Below, one piece after another: positions 40,033 to 53,300 of a stretch of DNA of 64,000 bases; position 1 is the stretch's first letter, and every line of letters starts with the position of its first letter. The position numbers and the translations under genes were made by a program. The stretch lies in NCBI GenBank assembly GCA_002189035.1, contig NEEC01000017.1, positions 1,302,001 through 1,366,000 of the forward strand, read 5' to 3'. This DNA is from Utricularia gibba (lineage: Eukaryota > Plantae > Magnoliophyta). The notes beneath the pieces are model-generated. The model saw only the letters and a list, made by a program, of their open reading frames with translations, was not told the DNA's origin and searched no databases.

Positions 40033-41560
40033 TTACTCCTTATATGCATCGCAACCGCAACACACGATACTCCTGCTGCACAAGATACAGTCCCATCAAC
40101 AACATGATGTCTCCCTTGTTCACTAAAATGGAGGTAGAAGGGAAAGTGCACTCACGCAAAGGAACTGCTGGTGCTACTTGTGTTTCTCTTCTTCCTGGGA
40201 GTTTCTCTTCTCTGTGAACTTTGAAGCACAACCTTGATTGCGGTATCGAAAACAAGCTTCACGTTCTGAAAACAATTCAACAGGCAAGCAGTCCCTTATA
40301 AGCTAAAATTCTGCATTTTTGGTGTGAGCATAGAAACTACCTGCTGCGTTTTGGAGCTGCATTCTACATAAGCAGCTGCACCGATTTGTCTCCGTAGCTC
40401 CTCTCCCTGAACATAAAAATGTTGAATCTTCAGAAGAAGTGAAATGCAGCAGGGTAATTTGTGCACGACACTTGAAATCCTACACACTTGAGCTGTGGTG
40501 ATGACATTGTTGAACCTCATTCGATCAGCTGAATAGCTTTTGCTCTCTCGGAGATCTGTAAGCGAATAAAACACAAGAAACCATGATCAAACCACTTAGC
40601 AGCACTACACTCCTCGGAAACAACAAACCATGTTACATTCACGCACCCAATTTGGTCCCTACGAGTACAACCGGTACATTAGAAGCGAATCGGCGAAGTT
40701 CAGGCATCCACTGAAATGAGATCAATGTGAACAGATGGATCAACTTAATATGCAGCTACAACTTCATCAGCTGCAAAAACCATGAAGAGATTGATTTCAG
40801 AAGCCATGTTTTACCTTCTTGAGCACATTTTCATAGCTGGCCTTGCTAACTAAAGAGAAGGCAAGGATGAAGACATCAGCACCTCTGTAACTCAAAGGCC
40901 TCAATCTGCTGTAATCCTCTTGACCTTCATATTCGAGGAAAAAAAAAGAAGCCAAGATCAAAGTCATGGCAATTCGAAAAACGGATCACAATCAAAATCA
41001 TGTGGATCATTCAAACCTGCAGTGTCCCATAATCCTAAGTTGACAATGCTGCCATCCACAGTCACATTTGCACTGAAATTGTCAAATACTGTAGGGATGT
41101 AATCCTGCAGAAGGAGATCAGATGTAATAAAGGAAGTTACTGTGGTAAACTTCTCTGCATGGTAAATCTAAATATCAAAGACCGATTTTTTAGATCAAAC
41201 ATTCCTCAACTCTTTTTACCTTCTATTTGACATTCTACAGGTACTGTTACTTACGTTTGAAGCATCACTCCTTTTTTGACATTAACAGTAAGAAAAACAT
41301 CCAAGCATTCAAAAATTCAAATAAACCGCAAGACACTTGATTGGTAAACCCAGATTGTTTCTTAGATCCAAAAACCAAACGTTTTGGATACTAAGGGGTA
41401 AGAAAAAATCAAAATTTGCAAGCAGGTTGTTCAAATGGGAGAAAAACAAGAGCTTTACAGTAGGAAACTTGTTGCTGGTGTAGGAAATCAGCATGCAGGT
41501 CTTGCCTACAGCACCATCTCCCACAGTCACACATTTGATGAACTTTGAAGCACTCCCCAT
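40033..41560 (-). CDS. ROP: Type II ROP/RAC small GTPase, 8 exons
   Basis: [60 protein letters not shown]. An extra final exon encodes [12 protein letters not shown] with no CaaX box, as in type II ROPs. Confidence 0.93.
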
Positions 41561-42590
41561 TTTCCTGCAACGCTGTTTCTGCTAAAAGCAACGGGAAAAA
41601 AAAAAAACCCAAATGCTCCAAAGATGTAAAGAGGAAGAAAGTAATAGCCGAGGAAAGATTGCTCACAGGAAATACCAAAAGCTGCAGCTGCACAGAACAA
41701 ATAAGTTAGAGTTTTGTGCCGTTGAATGAGGGGGATACACACTTTTTTATTTCCTCGAGGACACAAGAGAACTGTGATATATTTACTTCAGGTCACCATT
41801 TCTGTTCAATTTGACCACCTCACTTCCACTCTTCAACTAACAGCATTTACTAAAAATCTTGACAACACTGCTCTGTACCCAATATGTCTTTTTTTTTTAG
41901 CAGGCAGAAATGTATTATAAAAACATGTATTTAATAATCTTTTTTATTTAATAAAATAAAGAATTTTAAAAAAAACTATTTATCTTTCAATTTCCTTAAA
42001 AGCAGATATGTCTTTGTATTTAAATTATTTATTTTTTAAAATAAAAAATGCTCTTTAAAAAATTTTAAAAATTTGAAATTAATTTTTCACCTAAATACTT
42101 TTACTTTTCATGACCAGCGTCAAGTGGTGGGCCCCATCGCTGTAACGGTTCAAATGTCGGCTGTAGTGCTTTTTAACATCGGATTCGGTAAAAATTCTAT
42201 TTTTTAATATTGTTTTTATAATTGAGCCCCCAAAACATATATTGTACCTTTAAAAAAATATTCTAAAATAATTTTATTATCAAATATAAGCTAGTTCTGT
42301 TATAAAAATAGTAAAAATTTAAAGTAAAATTATTATTCAACGAGAATTGATTTTTGATAAATATAACTAAAAGAACCTTAATTAAAAGTGAAATATGAAT
42401 TTTATCTTTTTACTAAACGGAATTTAATAAAAATAAATTCAACTACCAAAAGGCATCAAACCACCGAACTGCCGAAATATATTTTGTGGATGGGTCGGGT
42501 CGGGTCGGGTTAAGATCCGTCGTCTCCATTAGCGTTGTTACAGTAGTCACTGGCCGGGAAGAAGAGAGCAGTTGGCAGCCCGGCTGCTGC

Positions 42591-44114
42591 TTATCTCAAA
42601 GGAAGCAGACCACAGTGATCACTTCCATGAGCTTCTGCCCCATCCACAAGGCTGCCGGAGATTGGGACCAGGCAAAGCCCTCTGCTCCGCAGATCTCCTG
42701 CACACTCCTGTACCAGCATCCTTTTGAACAGCACACAGTGAACATGCAGTATGAAGAAGAGTTTATTTATAGTTCACCTCGCTCGAGCTGCTCCTCGCGC
42801 TGCGGTGGCTGCCCATGTAAGGGAGGCTGAGCGTCTACACAGAGAAACGATGGCGCATGGTTGGAATAACACGTGATGGTAATCTGGTTGAAGAATGAAG
42901 AAACGAATCCCTGATCAGGAAGTGAGCTGGAAAGTGACCTGGATTTGGGACTGAAGGAATTTGATGTATCCTATGGCTTCGAGTAGGACAGAAGCTGCAT
43001 CAGTCTGCAACATCGGACGCCATTATTGCATCATGAAACAAAGCAGATGTTTTACCCTAGAAATCTACAGTACATGGGGTAAAAGGTACAAAAAGTTTTG
43101 TTTTTCTTACGTACGTACCTTGCCAAACGGGGATACTAGCTGGTGAAGGGCATTGATTCTGTCTCCAAGTTTTTCTTTTCTCACCTGTTCTCATCAAGAC
43201 CCTTTTGATTAGTGTTTGAAAGGTTTGTTGCTGTGAGTCACTGTAGGTGCAATTTGCATTGATAGGTTACCAAACACACGCTCAAATATGAATCTATAAT
43301 GGTGACAGGGAGAGGTGGGAATGGTAAAAAGGAGAAGAAAGCATAAAAAAAGCAAACAGAGGCATCAAATAAGGACAAAGCGTTTAGTTCCAAAGAGAAA
43401 ATTTCGGCATCAGCTGAGTCCATTTCGTTACCTGTACCTTGAATGCGCCCTGTCCTGATGTCCTTGCTTCGACTTTTGGCTTCTTCACCGAACCAGTGCT
43501 CTAAAACACACAGCATACGGTTCAAGGGTCGGTTGCTGTGTGTGTGTTGCAGTGAAGAAAGGAGAACTTTTTTTTTTTTTGAGGTGAGGGATGACAACCT
43601 TGTTGTATGATTGAAGATTGCTGTTGGGGTGCTTTCGATCTGAGGGTTTGGAACTTCGGAGATCTAAAGTTGAAGTCTTTTCTTGTTTAACATCAGCTTC
43701 AACACCAGACCATCCATAGCTGGATGATGATGTCTGCGGATTGAAAACCTGCTTTTTCGTCTCCATCTCTTTCATAATCATCTTCTTCTCCTCATCCTCA
43801 GCAATCATCCCATCCCTAATCAAAAACAAATGATGAGAGAATCAGTGCGTTTTAAGCAATCTCGTAGAAGATTCTCAAAAGGTGAATAATTTACAACAAA
43901 ACTGTGTATTGCATGTGTAACAAGGGTCGGTAGAATGATAAAAACACAAGGGAATATGATCACACCTGAGAAGCTGGCTCCACGACCCAGGGAAATCCTC
44001 ACAGGAAGAAGAAAGATTCACACTCACGGGCTGCTCGCCGGAGAGATGCCACGGCGCAAACGCCGGCCAGCTTACAGAGGTATTCTCCACCATGGGCTGC
44101 CCGGATGGGCTCAT
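42591..44114 (-). CDS. bHLH transcription factor, subfamily X (bHLH68-like)
   Basis: DFPGSWSQLL motif; KKPKVE..AFK/VRKEKLGDRINALHQLVSPFGK/TDAASVLLEAIGYIKFLQSQIQ/TLSLPY../DLRSRGLCLVPIS; stop at 42591-42593. Confidence 0.9.
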
Positions 44115-45713
44115 CTGTGCAATGATACTTTCTGAGCCTCTTCTGCTCTGCTTTGGATGATAGTTATTGCCGGCTTGCTCTTTCTTTCACTCTCTCCAGC
44201 TGAACCTTTTTTCTTTCTTTCTTTCTCTTTTTTCCATGGAAGAGAATATTTTGAAAAGTCGCTGGCACACTTGATGATGCCGGAGAAGAGACAAACAGTG
44301 GGAATAGATTAGGAGGTGGATTAGGAACAACAGCCTTTGTGTTATTGTGTGCTGGTTGTTTGATTTCATTCCTCAAATTCTGTCTCTACCAAAGTACACG
44401 ACGAAAGTGGGTGTCCGCTGTCTACTCCTCTTCTTATTAAAAGATCCAAGCTTGGAAAACGATATCAAAAGAGGGTTTTGGGAGGAGATCACATTCTCAT
44501 CATCAAATCCCAGAAAAGTAAAGTAGGTTAGTTATTTTCTGATTAGAATCTTGAAAAATTCTAATGTTTAATGGTTTGTAGTAAAATCAGAATTCCAAAT
44601 TTTTTAATTAATTTCATGAATTATTAAATTTATTTAATTTTTATTTTGATAATTAATTATAAGAATTATGTCATTCATTTTTTTATTATTCTAAAAATAT
44701 ATTTAATTATAAAATTTATAAAATTTAATATATTAAAATTTATAATGTATATTTTATTTTATTAAATTTTATAAAATAATTTTATAATATCTAATAAAAC
44801 AATTTTACAATCATTCACATACCCTTAAAACTAATTTTATTTTATATAATTTGAAATACAATTTTAAATTACAAAAGAGATCCTAAATACTTGATTCATT
44901 GGGTTAGATGAGTTTAAAAATAGAATTATAAATTATAAGTTGTGGATTTAAATAAACTTGAAATTATATGAACCTTAACACATATATAATTTTATTTAAA
45001 ATCATATTTTTTTCTTTATTTTACTTAATATCATTAAATTCTAATTTTAATCCTATCAATTAAATACTATCAATTTGAACCGGAACTAGAGTTACGATTT
45101 CAATTTGATTTGAGAATATGAGTGTTTGTAAGGTTTCAGTTGATATTTTTTTTCATAAATTTCAATTTTGTTGAGCCCGGTGAACACCAAAATAGACATG
45201 AAAAATATAAATTAAAGTTTTAAAACAGAAATTAGCTTTGTCAAATAATAAAATATTAGGAATCACAATATAGCATTTTCATTAGATAATGAATATCAAA
45301 TATATGTTATTTTGAAAAATATATATCATTTTGATCAAGTTGATCGAATTTCAAATTTTGATTTTAAAATACTATCCATTAGTTGTAAGTTGAGGTAATT
45401 GTAAGCCGACAAGTTTTATGTTACGTTAAAGAAATAATTGAGTAATGAAGAACACATGTTTGTTGGCGTACATATTTGTATGCGAATGGGAGCGCGCAAG
45501 ATTCTTTATGGGATTTCTATCGTATTTTGCACATTAATCCTCAAACTTTATGAGAATTAAAATGTGGTATTGAAATTCATGATAAATGGAATTTTAGCCA
45601 GTTTTGTGAAAGAATTGTTGCCTTGTATGATTCTGAAAATGTGTGAAATCGGTTTTTTAACCCAAGGGTCAAGTTTGTAGAAGAATTTTATCCAAGTCGC
45701 TCGATTTGGGAAG

Positions 45714-47140
45714 ATGAAGTTGAAGCAGTTGGAGAGTCTTCTGGGTTCTCTTCAGCAGTTCGAAAACCCCAAGGTTCTTCTTTTATTGTTTTCAGTTGTG
45801 TTGGTATACTGCTTGCTATATTTCGTAAAGGAATCACCTTTATTGTTCAATAGATTCAATTGGAGCAATATCCAACAGGATCCCATATTGCATCTCGCCT
45901 TCTCTACACTGTAAAGTTTGCTACTTTGGTTAAATGTGTATATATTCCTCTGTTATTGTACAAGCCCAATATCTGATATGTTGGAAGTCTGTTATCTGTT
46001 GATTTTGTTACTGCCATTAGGCTGATACTTCATTTGGCGATGTGAGGGATAAAGTGGTGGCAGATTTTGGATGTGGTTGTGGCACGCTGGGACTTGCTGC
46101 TGGTCTTTTGGGCGCAAGGTGAAGACTTTTGTTTTCTTGCTTCAGAATTATAATTGGAACCCCAATTGGTACTTATGCCCTTTTCAATTGAGCAGCCATG
46201 TAATTGGGTATGACGTTGATGCAGAGTCTATAGAAATTGCAGTTTCAAATGCTGATGAATTGGAGGTACTAGTTGAAGCTTGCTGTTAAGTGAGTAGTGA
46301 AAATGTTTCTGAGATCTACGTTTTGATATGTGAATTCTTCTGGAAATACAGACAGATATGGACTTCGTTCTGTGTAACATCAAGAACTTCAGATTGCCAG
46401 GTAGCTTTCTTCTCTTTATCTTCAAGTTGTTTTGAGTTTACCATGCAGCTCTCGAATGTGTTCTTGCTGAATTTTGACCAGGAGAATCCCTGTAAGCAAT
46501 CACATTGTTGAGTAGTGAATTAATTGTTAACTGATGCACATGGCTTTCCCGCAGACCATCATGTTATTGATACTGTTGTAATGAATCCTCCATTTGGAAC
46601 GAGGAAAAAAGGAGCAGATGTTGATTTTCTGTGTGTTGCTTTGAAGGTAGAGCCGGATGTGTTATAACCTTTGTATATATTCAGGAGTGATCTCCATTCA
46701 CTTGATCTGCAGGTTGCTTCTAAAGCAGTGTATTCCTTGCACAAAACTACCACAAGAGATGTAAGTGTAAACGTCTCTTTGACATGAACAAATTGAGATG
46801 ATAATGCATAGGACGCTTGTTGCGAAACAAGCATCACATAAACACACTACTGCTTCATGGGAGGCCACTCGATTGACTGCTTCTTCTGCTGCTGCAGTAC
46901 ATTCGACGAACCGCCATCCGGGATTACGGTGCTAGCAGCGCTGAGGTCTTATGTGAGGTACCTACATCACCTTCCCCTGCAACTTTCCTGTTTCAGTGAA
47001 TGAATCTTCATGTGAACAAATCTCTCTGTCCCCAGCTCCGTTTCGATGTGCCTCAGCTCTACGAATTTCACAAGAAAAAAGAGGTTGATGTAGCTGTTGA
47101 TCTTTGGCGTTTCGTTCCAAAGAGCAACCATGAAATCTGA
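45714..47140 (+). CDS. METTL5: METTL5-like N6-adenosine rRNA methyltransferase
   Basis: MKLKQLESLLGSLQQFENPK/IQLEQYPT..VADFGCGCGTLG (SAM motif I)..DTVVMNPPFG (motif IV)..YSLHKTTTR..LRFDVPQLYEFHKKK..VDLWRF. Confidence 0.93.
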
Positions 47141-47461
47141 CTTGCAATGAAGATGCTATGGCTGAAAGAAAGCAGCTTTAGCCCATAGTTTATTGCTACC
47201 TTAAAATAGATGGCGATGCTGATTTTGTGAGGTGCATGTAAAGCTGCTTTTTGGTGATGGGTTCTCTGGTTCTTGAGGTTGACATCAAATATGATCCGGC
47301 AAATCAGCCGTACCCTCAAAACATTGTCTTGCCGACTGTTAGAATGTGAAGAAAAGCAGCAATACCTTATAAAAAGAAGCTCCATATGCACAGCAATGGC
47401 ATGTTTTTCTGATCTTTGAATCAACCCGACGTCCCATTGAAGAACAGGGAAGTTTTCTTCA

Positions 47462-49287
47462 ATGGGGGAGGTATTCGTTTGCCTCATCTTTGTATCAGCT
47501 TTCTTAGGCTGCTCCTCCGCAGCCCAGGTTTCGAATTTCGGGGGCTCATGGATCGTGCACTCGGAGAATGCTGGGGTTTCCGCCATGCACGTCCAGCTTA
47601 TGCCTAACAACAAGGCAGTATGGTTTGATTCCACCAGCAACGGTCTGTCGGAAATTCAGAACAACCCGCCGTTCTGCCGGCCGCGGGTGGGTGGCAGAGT
47701 TCGAGATCCTCCGGAAGATTGCACCGCCCACGCGGTGGAGTATGACATCGAAACGGCCCAAGTTCGACCCTTGAAGGTTTGCGCCGTTTGTAGCAACGTC
47801 GAACCATTTTCAGGGGAACATCACCGTTTCATGACTGGCTTGCCTTTACCCAGGTGGAGACGAGCCCGTGGTGCTCCTCCGGTGGCTTGAACAGAAATGG
47901 CGACCTGATATCCACCGGCGGGGACAAAGACGGTTTCAAATCCATCAGAATCCTGAAGCCCTGCGACGGCTGCGACTTCCAAGAACGGCCGAGAGGCCTA
48001 TTCAACAACCGATGGTACGCGACCCAAACCGCTCTAGAAGACGGCAGTTTGGTGGTCCTCGGCGGCCGCGACGCCTACAACTACGAGACCCTCCCGCCGG
48101 ATTTCGAATCCGGATTCATCACTCAGCCGATGGAGCTTCCTCTTCTCGAGGAAACCAGCGACGACGGCGGCCGGGAAAATAACCTATTCCCCTTCGTCAA
48201 TCTTCTCCCCGACGGAAATCTATTCGTTTTCGCCAACTACAAGAGCATCATTCTCAATCCTCGCACCGGAGAAACTGTACGGGTTCTTCCAGACCTTCCC
48301 GGAGGTTCCAGAAATTACCCGCCCTCCGGCATGTCGGCGCTTCTTCCGATAAATCTCGATATCCCGATGGTGCTGTTCCTCAGGCCGAGGTTCTAGTTTG
48401 TGGAGGTAAACCCCGTTCCCAAATCCATGGTAGAAAAATATCAACTTTTTGTTAATAACCCGATTCTTGCAGGCAACACACGAGAATCATACATATGCTC
48501 CGATCTACGACTGCCAAACAGAACATTTTTACCGGCGGCGACGGACTGCGGACGTCTGATACTCACCGGAGAAGAAGAATCCCAATGGCAGAAAGAGGAA
48601 ATGCCATCACCACGCGTGATGGGCGACATGCTTCTTCTCCCCACAGGAGACATACTTATGATCAACGGAGCCAAGGCAGGAACTTCTGCTTGGAACGCTG
48701 CCGACTTGCCTAATCTCACCCCTGTTCTCTACACCCCAACCGCTCCAATCGGCCTCCGCTTCCGCGAGCTCACGCCGTCGACGATTCCACGAATGTACCA
48801 CTCCGTCAGCGTCGTCCTCCCCAGCGGAGAAATCCTAGTTGCCGGTAGCAATACCAACGCATTCTACATGATGCAAAAGTACCGCGATCGTTTCAAGTTT
48901 CCGACGGAACTGAGGGTCGAGAAGTTCTCTCCGCCGTACTTGGATCCGGCGCTGCAACGACACCGCCTTAGAATCGTGGAAGAGGAGTCGGATAAGGAGT
49001 TGACATATGGACAACAGTTTAGGATCCAGATTGAACCAAGGAACCGGAAGATGGGGAGGAGGGCGGTGAAGGTGACGATGTACGGGCCGCCGTTCACAAC
49101 CCATGGCTACTCTATGAGCCAGAGATTGTTGATCTTGAAGGTGAGATCACTAGACCAGGGACTCGTCACCGCTGTAGCGCCGATGACGGGGACACTTGTG
49201 CCGCCGGGGTACTATCTCTTGTTCGTTAATCACCGGGGAGTTCCTAGCCGTGGGATGTGGGTGCGCATTGATCACAGGATTTGGTAG
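47462..49287 (+). CDS. GLOX: Secreted glyoxal oxidase / galactose oxidase-like copper radical oxidase, 3 exons, apparent 1-nt frameshift at about 48364
   Basis: Signal peptide; GVSAMHVQL, PWCSSG (cofactor Cys), RWYATQ (Tyr), RMYHS, FTTHG; C-terminal PGYYLLFV. Introns about 47776-47853 and 48406-48472. AEVLVCGG is restored by adding one C at 48363-48365. Confidence 0.9.
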
Positions 49288-49569
49288 AATATTCAGAAAT
49301 TCCTGCTGCTTTAAGAAAAAAGATGTTTGTTTAGATGATCATCATTCACTGTGGCAAAGGCCACAGCTTTTAGTTCATATCTACATGAAAGTTCCTCTAT
49401 TCCAATGACAGAGCAGTTCATATCTACACAAAAGAGTACCAGTCTTCTTCTTCATACCTATGAAACCTGGGTTTTGATTGTTTTTGTTGTTTTTGTCGTT
49501 TTTGGCGTTGATTTGCATTGAGAACGCTCACCGGAGATCGAACCATTCGTAGACAGGCAGCTGCGCCGC

Positions 49570-50151
49570 GTAGTTAAAGGCACCAAGCTTTCTACCCACT
49601 TCGCAGCGTCGACGAATTCAGACATTCGTGATCAACATCAAGTTCTTGCTAGAGCCATCAAATGAAACCAAGAAATCCTTTCCAATAATCCCAAGGATTC
49701 CACACTCGCTTATCTCTAGTTTCAAATGAACATATGAAACTGTGAAACGGCTATCTCAACTGACATCTCCTTCTCTATTTGAGTGCAGAAACCAGATATC
49801 AACACCGCCTCCATCTCGAAGCAGGCAATGCAAATAGAGCTGTTCACTGAAGACATTCACTTCTGGAGAATTGTAGTACCTGTAAATCATAGGTTTTTGG
49901 GAACGCCAGAGCTCCGAGGTTCTCAGTTGCTAAGTCAAGACGAACTATATCGCAACTGTTTTCAAACCTAACCCAGTGAAGTTTCCCACTTTAGAACCGC
50001 CGGTTTTTATTGAATTCACAAGATGGGCATCGATGGAATGATCGGATTCTATCAAATAACGCCATGACTGCAAAACGCTTCGAAATCGGAGAAGGGATTT
50101 TTCAGGGAATCCGGTTAGAATCTCCGAGATGAAGTTTTGCGGAGATTCCAT
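49570..50151 (-). pseudogene. Internally deleted F-box/F-box-associated gene remnant
   Basis: F-box-like N-terminus MESPQNFISEILTGFPEKSLLRFRSVLQSWRYLI, then a stop. FBA-like fragments appear in other frames (DIVRLDLATENLGALAFP, GGVDIW, WVESLVP) with stops. Total length is only about 580 nt. Confidence 0.65.
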
Positions 50152-50362
50152 CTCCCACCAAACCAGAAACTGCGATCAAGAAGACCTGTAGCAGCATCCT
50201 TTTCGAAACAGGAAACCGGTAATCAGAATGTAGGCAGTTATGAACCGGTACGGGTAAGATTGGCAAAGGACCGGCTGTCATTAGAGAATGGAGGCAGTTG
50301 CTTACTTCATCTTATCCGTTACGTAGCGGCGTCTCTGGGCGGCTCCTCGCAGTGTCTCAGCC

Positions 50363-53300
50363 ATGTCGAACTGCTGCTGTCACTATGCCGCTGTGAACTG
50401 CCGCGAGGTCCTTTTGGCACCAAGATTGGCCGGTTCTCTCCCTCAGCTTTTCCCTTCTTCCTTCCTCGCTTCATCTCCTAGTCTATCGCAATCATTCTCG
50501 TCAAATCATGCAACTGGGCGTGCGATTTGGAGGCACAAACCGGCGCTTCGGAAGGTTTGATTTGTTACTATTTGAAACGGTGGCTTGTAGACAAATGGCT
50601 TCGATGCTGATGGAAGGTTCTTAAGAAATAACTCTCCTGCTTTCTGTATTAGGAGACGGAGTTAAAGATAACAAGTGGCTTGAAAGTTGAACCGCTGAAA
50701 GTGATCATATCTGGTGCACCTGGTTCAGGGACAGGAACCCTATGTGAGATGATTGCTCAGAAGGTGGTTAAATAACGGGTGATCAATATACGTACTGTGG
50801 CATTAATTGCTTTTCATTCATGTGCATTTTCTTCAGTTTGTCAAGTTGATTAAGCGTTCAAAACTTCAAATGAACCTTCTACCAGACATTGGTTCAGTGT
50901 AGCTCAATGTTGGTTGAAACACTGTGCGCAGCATACATTGGAGTGTAAAATAACACCCTCTTCTTGTGCTGCTTTGTGTTCTCTATCATACTCTGCTTTG
51001 TGGGTATCTATTTGTTGGGTCCGTTAGGTTATACAGGCATTAAGGAATTGAATATGTGGCTTCTGCTTTGTTTGTGGTTTGGGTATTTACATATGCATGA
51101 AAAAAGATTTGAGGCTGCAAATTTTATGCAGCCAAATTAACTACTGTTTTTACAATATAATGAAATTTCAGTTTGGCTTAGTGCACGTTTCTATTGGAGA
51201 TATTTTGAGAGCTGAAGTTGCAGCTGGAACAGAGACTGGAAATAGGGTGAAGGAGTATATGAACTCTATTGATTTAGTTCCAGAAGAAATCATCACACCT
51301 GTATGAAACAACTTAACCTAATAAATCATTCCATGGATTGCACTTCTGAAACTTCCTTTCATAGATGGCCACAGCCAGGCTGTCACTGCAAGATGTGAAG
51401 GAAAAAGGATGGGTATTAGATGGATATCCACAAAGTCTTGAGCAAGCACAAAGTTTAGAGACACTGAATATTAGGCCTGATGTCTTCATTATGCTCGAGG
51501 TATGATGCTGTGTAAATGTTGAGAAGGTTTCTTTATAGTTTGTTTGTAGACAAATTGTTCTTGGAGGACTTTTAATTCTTCAGGTGCGTGATGACATTCT
51601 AATTGATCGATGTGTTGGAAGAAGGCTGGATCCTTTTACTGGGAAGATCTATCATCTAAAAGATTCTCCACCAGAAAATGAAGAAATTGAAGCAAGGCTT
51701 TCTGATTTTCCAGACAATACTGAGGACAAAGTGAGGAACTAGCTTACGTGAATGTTTTCCCTGAAAATGAGCTGTAATGCTATTCCTGCTAGATACTTCC
51801 GGAATTAATATCAATTCTAGCTCTTTCTCATTTTGGAGACAATTCTTTATACATCTCAGAGGTTTTATTCAGGTTATATCAAGGCTAAAAATATACAAGA
51901 AAAGTGCAGAGTCATTTGTATCAACTTACTCAAGAATCATGAAGAAGGTAAACAAAATATTAATATTTCATTATTTTTTCATATTCTTTTAATATGTTAT
52001 CTCATATCAACAGATTGATGGAAACCAGCCGATTGAGGCTGTTTTCAAAGAGATAGATTATATATTGTCGGGACTTGAAGTGTTTAGAAAGGAGGAAGTA
52101 ATACCTGGTTCAAATTTTCATCCTTGGCATTACTGATTATTTCCATATTGCTAAGATATGCTTTAGCGTTAGAACTTGTAACCCCTTGCAGGTGAATCAG
52201 GAAGAAATGATAAGGAGCTTTATAATTCCTCTACTGAGGTCAGTTATAGGAAATCAAAGTGATTTGTGTATGCTTTAAATTTTTTGATATTGATATATTG
52301 TTTCCAGAACTCTTGGAGAGGAATACCGACCAGGTTGAACAACATTCCTCATTCTAGAGAAATTAGAAAATATTTCTATGAAGATGTGTTGCAAGCAACC
52401 CAACGAGCTGTCTTAAATGGTAAAACCCGACTAAAGGTAATTTGACATAATGAGTTTTGATCCCTACATATGCTCTTTCCTCAGCTGTACAAAGAAGGCT
52501 CATTATGTATTACTCTTCTCCAATCACATATAAACAAATGGAGAACAGCAAGAAAACTGTTTCATACGATTTCTTTGCTACCTTTAAGTTTTCTTGTTCA
52601 TCATTTAATAAAGCAAGTTTGAGCTGTAGGTGGAAATCAGTATTCCAGAGCTGAATCCGGAAATGGTGAGAACACTATCATTCTACATATTTTTCTTTTT
52701 TTTTCATGTCATTTTTGTAGTTCTTGATTTTCTTGGCCAGGATGTTTATCGGATAGGTACCTTAATGGAACTTGTACGAGTCCTCGCTCTTTCATTTGCT
52801 CAAGATGGGAAGCGTGTTAAGGTTTGTGTGCAAGGATCCATGGGGGAAGGAGCATTGTCTGGAATGCCACTTCAGCTCTCTGGTAGTCGCAAGATTTTGG
52901 AGTTCATGGATTGGGGTGATGATGGTGCCATTGGTACCTTCATCAGGTTTGGTTCCGTTGGTAAGTCATTTTCTGATAATGTATTGCAATATTGAAGATG
53001 GCAACGATTTAACTAGTCTCTTGCTCCTAATGAAGGTGGCAAAGAGGTCGAAGAGCAAGATGACATGTTTATCATAGTGGCTCCTCAAAATGCAGTGGGG
53101 AACTGTATTATTGATGTGAGCACTGAAGTAACAACCTTAATTTTCCATATTTGAGACGTCTTAGCTGATAAAGATGATGAATCTTGTAATGCAGGATTTG
53201 AAAGCTATGACTGATGCTGCTGCTCAACGTCCAGTCATCCTTGTCAATCCCCGACTGAAGGTTGGTTCTCTAATCAGGAACATGGGAGTCCCTTCTGTAC

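Noticed and set aside
42948-42957. GGACTGAAGG, a 10-nt match to miR319, complementary to the bHLH mRNA
   Set aside because: There is a mismatch at miRNA position 2 and several in the 3' half, and no precursor hairpin. It is a chance match inside a coding exon.
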